Positions 13,283 to 19,652 of a stretch of DNA of 19,652 nucleotides are shown piece by piece. The DNA comes from a virus (taxonomy: Duplodnaviria > Heunggongvirae > Uroviricota > Caudoviricetes). Where the stretch lies: the IMG/VR virus record IMGVR_UViG_3300027836_000006. The stretch is one strand, 5' to 3'. The notes under the pieces were generated by a model. It saw only the letters and a list, made by a program, of their open reading frames with translations, was not told the DNA's origin and ran no database searches. Each line of letters begins with the position of its first letter. Position 1 is the first letter of the stretch. The translations under genes and the position numbers were made by a program.

Positions 13283-13495
13283 TAACCCCGTCTTACTATT
13301 TCTACGTTAACGAAATAGCGTCCCTGTAACGATAGACCAGGGGGTACACTAGGACCTGACCTCACAGTCCCCGGTTATGGGGATACTGGAAACTGCCTAG
13401 GGTGAGGTATAACACCAATGCCAGAAGAACAAATGTTATGGACAGAGTAACTGCTCAGTTTAGGGCTCATGTGGTGTGAGTAGCTAGACACTTTA

Positions 13496-13579
13496 TATAA
13501 ACACACTTTGGCTTGGCTATAAGCTAGGAAGTAAGGACTGCACACCACCGTAGGGAAAAGTGACAAGTGTGTTTTTATA
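13496..13579 (+). ncRNA. stem-closed RNA candidate (ACACACU/AGUGUGU helix)
   Basis: aaacacact/agtgtgttt closing helix. Confidence 0.35.
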
Positions 13580-13582
13580 AAG

Positions 13583-13657
13583 TGCGGGGTTAGTTTAATG
13601 GTAAAACAGCAGATTTCCAATCTTCGGTCGAGAGTTCGATTCTCTCACTCCGCTCCA
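13583..13657 (+). tRNA. tRNA-Gly(UCC)
   Basis: loop ttTCCaa, UCCA. Confidence 0.9.
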
Positions 13658-13669
13658 TAAGGATATAAT

Positions 13670-13822
13670 ATGCCAATGTATGAAACAACTGTGCGTACAC
13701 CGCAAGGTGAAGAAAAGAAGCGTATCTATGCGGACACACCGCAAGAGGCTAAAAAACTTTTTGAACAACTGTATGGTGGCCCGAGAGCAGTTCCTTATAT
13801 ACCACACATAATAGCAAGTTAA
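13670..13822 (+). CDS. small hypothetical protein (50 aa)
   Basis: AAGGA RBS; MPMYETTVRTPQGEEKKRIYADTPQEAKKLFEQLYGG... Confidence 0.6.
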   Translation: MPMYETTVRTPQGEEKKRIYADTPQEAKKLFEQLYGGPRAVPYIPHIIAS

Positions 13823-13825
13823 TTT

Positions 13826-13903
13826 CGGAATGTAGCGCAGTCTGGTTAGCGCATCGCGTTTGGGACGCGAGGGTCGTAGGTTCGAATCCTACTATTCCGA
13901 CCA
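13826..13903 (+). tRNA. tRNA-Pro(UGG)
   Basis: loop ttTGGga, CCA. Confidence 0.92.
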
Positions 13904-13909
13904 ATCAAT

Positions 13910-13985
13910 CGCGGGATGGAGAAGGTGGTATCTCGGAAGTCTCATAAGCTTCAGATCGTCGGTTCGACTCCGACTCCCGCAACCA
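13910..13985 (+). tRNA. initiator-like tRNA-Met(CAU)
   Basis: CGCGGG start with C1:A72 mismatch, loop ctCATaa; lacks the three G-C anticodon-stem pairs. Confidence 0.82.
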
Positions 13986-13990
13986 TTTTC

Positions 13991-14052
13991 CAATCGTTAG
14001 TTTAATAAAAACGTATAACTCACAGTTATGAGATGTTCATAGAACACGATTG
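13991..14052 (+). ncRNA. miniature tRNA-like cloverleaf (CAC anticodon, 3-nt T loop)
   Basis: caatcgt/acgattg, gttt/aaac, tataa-ctCACag-ttatg, gttc-ata-gaac. Confidence 0.5.
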
Positions 14053-14057
14053 TTTTT

Positions 14058-14149
14058 GCCAGCGAGACTGGGTAGTCAGAGAGGTTTTATAAACCTTTTA
14101 GCGCCAGATTAGCGTTCTTGATAGGGTTCGAATCCCTACGCTGGTACCA
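14058..14149 (+). tRNA. atypical long-variable-arm tRNA with UAU anticodon
   Basis: gccagcg/cgctggt, tiny D arm, loop ttTATaa, variable stem, canonical T arm, ACCA. Confidence 0.65.
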
Positions 14150-14161
14150 ACACCAAAGTAG

Positions 14162-14190
14162 TTGACTTTATGTCAATTATGCTATATAAT
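14162..14190 (+). promoter_or_regulatory. sigma70 promoter
   Basis: TTGACT-N17-TATAAT. Confidence 0.8.
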
Positions 14191-14211
14191 AATGCTTTAC
14201 AAAGGAAACTT

Positions 14212-14466
14212 ATGAGACAAGCAAACGAAGTGAGAAAGCCCCTGGATCTTAGCCGTGGCCCTTCCATTGATATGGAAAAATGTGTGGCGGCAGTAGGCGG
14301 GAATCGATTTAATTTAGTTTTGATTGCTTCTGCTCGTACCAGAGAAATCCGTCGACAACATGCCCATAGCGATAAAAGAGAACATGTACATCCAATTGTT
14401 ACTGCTCTCGCTGACATCGAAGCAGGCGGAATTGAATCAGGCAAGTATCTAGCTAAAGTAAAATAA
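14212..14466 (+). CDS. rpoZ: RNA polymerase omega subunit-like protein
   Basis: AAGGA RBS; GNRFNLVLIASARTREI and VTALADIEAG resemble omega NRFDLVLVAARRARQ and VIALREIEEG. Confidence 0.8.
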   Translation: MRQANEVRKPLDLSRGPSIDMEKCVAAVGGNRFNLVLIASARTREIRRQHAHSDKREHVHPIVTALADIEAGGIESGKYLAKVK

Positions 14467-14471
14467 AATTT

Positions 14472-14546
14472 GCCTGGTTAGCTCAGGGGTAGAGCGTCTC
14501 GTTTACACCGAGAGGGTCGGCAGTTCGAAACTGTCACCAGGTACCA
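14472..14546 (+). tRNA. tRNA-Val(UAC)
   Basis: loop ttTACac, CCA. Confidence 0.92.
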
Positions 14547-14570
14547 TAATAATAACAGGAAGAGTAGAGA

Positions 14571-14813
14571 ATGTCTGACCCTTTAGATAGTTTCGAAAGT
14601 AATAACGAAGAAGAAGCAGAAATTGCTCAGATTCTTAATTTACAACGAAACACAGCGGCAGTAGATGCCATTAGAGCAAAAATTGGTAAAGGTCCAAGCC
14701 TAAGCCATTGCGAGGAATGTGGAGAAGAAATTCCCAAGGCTCGACAAACAGCTATTGCTGGTTGTAGAATGTGTATTGAATGCCAAACGTATTCTGAACG
14801 ATGGAAAAAGTAA
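14571..14813 (+). CDS. TraR/DksA-family C4 zinc-finger protein
   Basis: MSDPLD N terminus; CEECGEEIPKARQ...CRMCIECQ. Confidence 0.88.
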   Translation: MSDPLDSFESNNEEEAEIAQILNLQRNTAAVDAIRAKIGKGPSLSHCEECGEEIPKARQTAIAGCRMCIECQTYSERWKK

Positions 14814-15715
14814 AACTTGAATTGAACAACGACCATAGTGTTGGTCTTGGAGACAATTTGTGCTTACTTTCTGCTTTGGCAAATATTCCAGCACCTATTG
14901 AACTGTATGTTAATAACGACCACGATACGTATGATAGATTAACTCACTATAAACGTATCTTTCGTATTCCTAAAGATCAGTTAGAAATTTTTCCAACGGA
15001 AGCAAGTGGTAATTTTAACAATGTTGGTTGGCCTGTAAAGTTCTTTACAGATTATTATAAGCCACTTTTTGTAAATTTAAAAAGTGGTATTGTTAAACTT
15101 AACACTAATCCGTCGGAAAAGAAATGTATAGCAATAGCGGCACAGTTTGACAGCAATCCGGAACAGGCAGATCAATGGCCATGGTGTCGAGGTCGGCCAA
15201 TTGAGTACTGGGCGCAAATATTTGCGCATGTCAAAAAAATGGGCTTCGATGTAATTACTGTTGATCATGCCCAACATGACTTAGAACATAAAATCGAATT
15301 GTTGACAAAACATTGTAGAGCAATTATTAGCTATGAAGGCGGTATGGCTCATTTAGCCCATATGATTGGACTACCTTGCTTCTTAGTTGACTGGCAATAT
15401 CCGAGTCCTAGTACTGTACTAGGAAATTTTCATTGTGACTTTGTACACAAAACAAATTCAGTTTACATACTACGAGATGATACCGAACTGTTTACTTGGA
15501 ATAAGGATGAGTTTGGCAAGAAGATTTTTGAGTTAGAACAAGGAAAAGGAAATAATCGTTTAGTAAATGGAGATTGTAATCTTAATTTTGATGGGCCGGG
15601 GTGTAAAGGCGATATAACAGTAACATCAACGTATAAAGACAAAATTTTATTAAAAACATCTCCAATTTTTGGTGATAGTAAAGTAACCGAATTATTATCT
15701 AAATATTACACGTAA
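14801..15715 (+). CDS. putative glycosyltransferase (GT9/heptosyltransferase-like)
   Basis: GLGDNL N-terminal motif; IISYEGGMAHLAHMIGLP resembles DSGxxHLA motif. Confidence 0.55.
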   Translation: MEKVKLELNNDHSVGLGDNLCLLSALANIPAPIELYVNNDHDTYDRLTHYKRIFRIPKDQLEIFPTEASGNFNNVGWPVKFFTDYYKPLFVNLKSGIVKLNTNPSEKKCIAIAAQFDSNPEQADQWPWCRGRPIEYWAQIFAHVKKMGFDVITVDHAQHDLEHKIELLTKHCRAIISYEGGMAHLAHMIGLPCFLVDWQYPSPSTVLGNFHCDFVHKTNSVYILRDDTELFTWNKDEFGKKIFELEQGKGNNRLVNGDCNLNFDGPGCKGDITVTSTYKDKILLKTSPIFGDSKVTELLSKYYT

Positions 15716-15718
15716 CAT

Positions 15719-15796
15719 GTAGCGGTGGCAGAGCGGCCCATTGCAACGGATTGCAAATCCGTAAAACCGTGAGTTCAAATCTCACCCGCTACTCCA
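15719..15796 (+). tRNA. tRNA-Cys(GCA)
   Basis: loop ttGCAaa, U73, CCA. Confidence 0.9.
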
Positions 15797-15857
15797 AATT
15801 TTGCTAGTTTTGAAAAACTAGTTGGTGGAAGCTACACTTAACCGTGTCGCCCCTTTT

Positions 15858-15911
15858 AGGATACTAACAGCAACTTTTAACTTTTATGGTAAAAAGAAAA
15901 TGTATCCTGTT
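15858..15911 (+). ncRNA. ACAGCAA-motif RNA 7 (short; possible Thr GGU hairpin)
   Basis: aggatac/gtatcct helix, acagcaa, tttt-atGGTaa-aaag. Confidence 0.65.
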
Positions 15912-15924
15912 TAGCCAAAATGTC

Positions 15925-15953
15925 GTGACAAGACACAGCAAAGATATTATAAT
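15925..15953 (+). promoter_or_regulatory. sigma70 promoter for motif RNAs 8-10 and the TROVE-like gene
   Basis: GTGACA-N17-TATAAT. Confidence 0.7.
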
Positions 15954-15990
15954 AGATACATAGCAAGCAGTAATGCTTGTAGAGAGTTTT

Positions 15991-16159
15991 AGGATCGGTA
16001 CAGCAACATTCATATTACTATGAATCGTTAGACACTGTGGTAGTAACTGGAGCAGAGTGCTTAAAAACACCGAGCGTTGAAGGGTGCTATTGAAACAAGA
16101 CTAACAAGCTCAGAGTGATGGCCTGAGTAAAATAAAAGCAGTCAACAACGATCCTGTTT
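15991..16159 (+). ncRNA. ACAGCAA-motif RNA 8 (long)
   Basis: aggatcg/cgatcct helix, acagcaa, tgttt tail. Confidence 0.65.
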
Positions 16160-16165
16160 AGTCAT

Positions 16166-16397
16166 AGGATGACTACAGCAACCTAAAATACTAACGTAAC
16201 TGCTATCGAAGGTGACCGTAGGGTACAGTAGAAATACTGTTCTAGCAATAGACGCTCAAGGGATAGATAGACTGGCAAAGCACCAGATATGATTTACATA
16301 CAGAAAAACATGTAATAGGCAACATGAATGTTGCTAGGGTCTGGGTGCTATAATTGGCCAGACCAGAAAATAAACAAATTGGCACACTCATCCTGTT
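16166..16397 (+). ncRNA. ACAGCAA-motif RNA 9 (long)
   Basis: aggatga/tcatcct helix, acagcaa, tgtt tail. Confidence 0.65.
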
Positions 16398-16405
16398 AAA
16401 GTTTT

Positions 16406-16462
16406 AGAATGTTAACAGCAACTTTTAAATTTCAAGCATATCGAAAATAAAATACATTCTGT
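16406..16462 (+). ncRNA. ACAGCAA-motif RNA 10 (short), abutting the TROVE-like RBS
   Basis: agaatgt/acattct helix, acagcaa, tttc...gaaa inner hairpin. Confidence 0.65.
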
Positions 16463-16475
16463 AAAGGTAATTAAA

Positions 16476-17885
16476 ATGAACGCATTTGTAAACGCAGTAG
16501 CAAACCAAGAAGCCCGTACCGAAAACGGTATGAAGGCACGTAAGTCAACAGCCAAGGCTACAGTTGACTTGTTTTACAAGATTGGCGCAAGCCGTGGCAA
16601 GGACATCACTCGTGATTTCACCGCGGCATACGTTGAAAACTCTGATGTAGCACTACGCATCGCACAATGGGCACGTGATGTCCGCGGTGGTGCTGGTGAA
16701 CGTCAGTTGTTCCGCGATATTCTAGTACATCTAGAAAAGCGTGACCCAGACGCCGCTTTGGCTCTTCTAAAGAAGATTCCAGAAGTTGGTCGTTGGGATG
16801 ACATCTTTGTCTTCACCAACCCAGACCTGAAGTCAGCCGCTTATACCATGTTGGGCGATGCCCTTCGTGCTAAGAACGGTTTGGCTGCAAAGTGGACTCC
16901 TCGTAAGGGTAAGATTGCGGCTGAAGTACGAGCATTCTTCGGAATGTCTCCAAAGCAGTACCGCAAGTCATTGGTAACAATGACAACCGTTGTTGAAACC
17001 CAAATGTGTGCAGGAGATTGGGATAACATCAACTTCAGTCACGTACCTTCTGTTGCTTCACGCAACTACAAGAAGGCATTCAACCGTCACACACCTGCGT
17101 TTGCAGAGTATGTGGCCAAGTTGGTAAGTGGTGATAAGACTGTTAAGGTTAACGCCAGCGCAATCTTCCCGCATGACGTGCTGAAGGGCATTGCTCACAG
17201 CTACACCAAGCTGGACAAGACAGAAACTGACCATGTGATCGCACAATGGGACGCTCTGCCAAACTACGTAGGTGACGCAAGTATCCTACCTCTAGTTGAC
17301 GTGTCTGGTTCGATGACTACATCTGTTGGTGGTAACACCGCAGTGCGTTGTTTGGATGTGGCAGTTTCACTGGGCTTGTACCTTGCGGACAAGAACAAGG
17401 GTGCGTTCAAGGACACATTCTTGACTTTCTCAAGCAAGCCAGAACTTGTTACCCTAAAGGGTAACATTGTTCAAAAGGTGGAACAAATGAGCAAGAGCAA
17501 CTGGGAAATGAGCACTAACCTACATGCCGCTATGGACAAGATCCTAAGCGTTGCGGTTAAGGGTTCAGTACCAGCTAGCGACATGCCAGCCATGTTGCTA
17601 ATCTTGTCAGACATGCAGTTCGACCAATGCGCTCGTTACGACGATAGCGCAATGGAAATGATTGAACGTAAGTTCGAAGCCGCAGGCTACAGCATGCCAC
17701 AAATTGTTTTCTGGAACCTAAACAGTTCAGATAACGTGCCTGTTAAGGCAGACAAGAGTGGTGCCGCATTGGTAAGTGGATTCAGTCCATCAATCATGAC
17801 TAGCTTGCTAGCCGCTGATTTGGATCAATTCACTCCAGAAGGCATCATGCTTAAGACAGTAATGAGTGATCGTTACGCTCTGTAA
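16476..17885 (+). CDS. TROVE/Ro60-like (DUF2828-type) protein with C-terminal vWA domain
   Basis: RDVRGGAGERQLFR, GRWDD, AAKWTPRK helical region; vWA MIDAS DVSGSM, ILSDMQFD, IVFWNL. Confidence 0.8.
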   Translation: MNAFVNAVANQEARTENGMKARKSTAKATVDLFYKIGASRGKDITRDFTAAYVENSDVALRIAQWARDVRGGAGERQLFRDILVHLEKRDPDAALALLKKIPEVGRWDDIFVFTNPDLKSAAYTMLGDALRAKNGLAAKWTPRKGKIAAEVRAFFGMSPKQYRKSLVTMTTVVETQMCAGDWDNINFSHVPSVASRNYKKAFNRHTPAFAEYVAKLVSGDKTVKVNASAIFPHDVLKGIAHSYTKLDKTETDHVIAQWDALPNYVGDASILPLVDVSGSMTTSVGGNTAVRCLDVAVSLGLYLADKNKGAFKDTFLTFSSKPELVTLKGNIVQKVEQMSKSNWEMSTNLHAAMDKILSVAVKGSVPASDMPAMLLILSDMQFDQCARYDDSAMEMIERKFEAAGYSMPQIVFWNLNSSDNVPVKADKSGAALVSGFSPSIMTSLLAADLDQFTPEGIMLKTVMSDRYAL

Positions 17886-18063
17886 GTAACTGCTGGCCCA
17901 CCTTAGCCTAGGCTGAGAATCCAGCATCCGCGATACACGAAATGTGGGATGAGCTGTGTATCCGGGGTTTGTAATTTCCTGACACAAAAATAATTATAGT
18001 ATTGGACACGCATACTTAAAAGCGAGGTGGGTGTAGGTGGAAACCCTACAACTAATTTTTGAG

Positions 18064-18088
18064 TAGCACCTTCGGGTGCTATTTTTTT
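18064..18088 (+). terminator. Rho-independent terminator
   Basis: tagcacc-ttcg-ggtgcta plus T7. Confidence 0.85.
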
Positions 18089-18133
18089 GGTAACGGCCCT
18101 ATCGATGTGTTCAATTTTTGGCAACATCAATAG

Positions 18134-18162
18134 TTGACTGGTAGCTGGATATTTGCTATAAT
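18134..18162 (+). promoter_or_regulatory. sigma70 promoter
   Basis: TTGACT-N17-TATAAT. Confidence 0.8.
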
Positions 18163-18198
18163 ATACACATACACAAACAAACACTGAAAGGTTTTCCA

Positions 18199-19652
18199 AT
18201 GCTATTGCACACTGCTCCACAAGACCAGGCTATTTTGAGCAACGTTGGTGAAGTTGGCGACTTTAAAATCAAAGCGTCAGCTAAGGCATTTAACATTTTG
18301 AGCTCAGGCTTGTATGCTAACAAGATCCGTGCTATTGTACGTGAATTGAGTTGTAATGCTGTGGACAGTCATGTTGCGGCTGGCAAACAAGATACACCGT
18401 TTGATGTCCATCTTCCAAACGATTTGGAACCTTGGTTTAGCATCCGTGACTACGGTACAGGACTTACACACGAACAAGTCACATCAATCTATACGACATA
18501 TTTTGAAAGCACTAAGACAGACAGCAACGATTATATCGGCGCTTTGGGTCTTGGTTCAAAGTCTCCATTTAGTTATACAGACAACTTCACAGTAACAGCC
18601 GTTCGTGATGGCAAGAAAGGCATCTATAGCGCATTTATTAATGCACAAGGTGTACCGAGCATTGCTCAAATGATGACTGAAGACACTACAGATCCTGCTG
18701 GCGTTGAAATTAAATTTAGCGTTAATGATCGATATGACTACAGCAAGTTCCGCGACGAAGCACGTACTGTCTACACTTATTTCAAATTGCGTCCTGTTGT
18801 AACTGGTTATAAGGACTTTCAATTTTACGAAGTAACATATGACTCTACAAATATTATTCCCGGTGTACATAGTTGTCAGGGCGGACGCTCTGTTGCTATT
18901 ATGGGTAATATTGCTTATCCGGTAGACATTCCTAATGCTGACAAGGTATTGGGCGAGTTGCGTAGTTTGTTGGGCTGTGGTTTGGAAATGCACTTTGCTA
19001 TTGGCGAATTGGACTTCCAAGCATCACGCGAAGGCTTGTCGTACATTCCTTCGACTATCGAAGCCATCAAGGCTAAGTTGATTGCGGTTAACGGTGCGTT
19101 GACTGGTGTGCTGGCTAAAGAAGCTGATGCTATCGAAAACTTATGGGAACGTGCTTTGTTCTTGAAGGCCAAGCGTGACAGCGCATTGTGGGCCAATGCT
19201 ACTGTTAAGTATGTTACCGACACTAAGTTTGCGTTGGCAAATCCTGACCAAAAGCAACACTGGAACTTCTTGAAGGACAATAAAGTCACTACTGATGACT
19301 TGGCAAGTAAGTATAACATTACTATCACACAGTTTAGTCACAGTGGCTCAAGTACTACAGTTACTAATGGCAAATCCAGCTACGAGCATGTTCGCCAACC
19401 AGACGGTACTCACAAGAGTATTCATCACTGGCCATTCAGCATTGACCGTGGCATCCGCTTTGTTATTAACGATTTGAACATTGGTGCTACTGAACGTGCT
19501 AAGTTCCACTGGAAGAATACTCCAAAGGAAAAAACTGAGGCAGGTACACACAATGTTTATGTATTGGCCAAGTTTGATAAGACTAAGCCAATGAACACTA
19601 AGGCGTTCTTTGCGGCGCTTCACAATCCTCCAACAAACTGGACTATGAATGC
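18199..19652 (+). CDS. rIIA: rIIA-like protein with N-terminal GHKL ATPase, 3' truncated
   Basis: AFNILSSGLYANKIRAIVRELSCNAVDSH, IRDYGTGL, IGALGLGSKSPFSY; frame appears open to window end, so absent from ORF track. Confidence 0.85.
   Translation, partial: MLLHTAPQDQAILSNVGEVGDFKIKASAKAFNILSSGLYANKIRAIVRELSCNAVDSHVAAGKQDTPFDVHLPNDLEPWFSIRDYGTGLTHEQVTSIYTTYFESTKTDSNDYIGALGLGSKSPFSYTDNFTVTAVRDGKKGIYSAFINAQGVPSIAQMMTEDTTDPAGVEIKFSVNDRYDYSKFRDEARTVYTYFKLRPVVTGYKDFQFYEVTYDSTNIIPGVHSCQGGRSVAIMGNIAYPVDIPNADKVLGELRSLLGCGLEMHFAIGELDFQASREGLSYIPSTIEAIKAKLIAVNGALTGVLAKEADAIENLWERALFLKAKRDSALWANATVKYVTDTKFALANPDQKQHWNFLKDNKVTTDDLASKYNITITQFSHSGSSTTVTNGKSSYEHVRQPDGTHKSIHHWPFSIDRGIRFVINDLNIGATERAKFHWKNTPKEKTEAGTHNVYVLAKFDKTKPMNTKAFFAALHNPPTNWTMN

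Noticed and set aside
14085-14091. Ochre suppressor (UUA) reading of the 14058 tRNA
   Set aside because: The symmetric 7-nt loop centres on UAU; UUA would need an off-register loop.
17903-19623. Minus-strand and short plus-strand ORFs over the rIIA region
   Set aside because: Shadows of the long frame starting at 18199, which the track omitted because it lacks a stop in the window.

Overview
Most likely a segment of a large dsDNA tailed-phage genome, probably infecting a freshwater betaproteobacterium (inferred from pqqA, ahpCD and TorF-like genes). Evidence: dense + strand genes, many near-consensus sigma70 promoters, an rIIA-like gene, an HNH/NUMOD3 endonuclease and a very large tRNA array. 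Left part (1-6508): auxiliary genes (TorF-like porin, AhpC/AhpD, a 23-aa PqqA missed by the ORF track, split HldE-like heptose enzymes, cupin). It also holds an amber (CUA) tRNA with its own promoter inside an ORF, and a gene whose third codon is TAG. Centre (6533-16462): three tandem promoters, a 49-codon leader ORF with terminator/antiterminator geometry, then 38 canonical-type tRNA genes covering all 20 amino acids. These are interleaved with atypical tRNA-like RNAs, orphan stem-closed RNA candidates, omega- and TraR-like genes, and 10 copies of a covarying helix + (A)CAGCAA RNA motif. Several short copies carry only an anticodon stem-loop, one carries a circularly permuted tRNA-Arg, and four sit directly upstream of a TROVE/Ro60-like vWA gene. 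Best candidate for a new system: an attenuator-gated backup tRNA set plus a Y-RNA-like/anticodon-decoy RNA family with a Ro60-like protein. All structures were folded by eye and no database searches were run.
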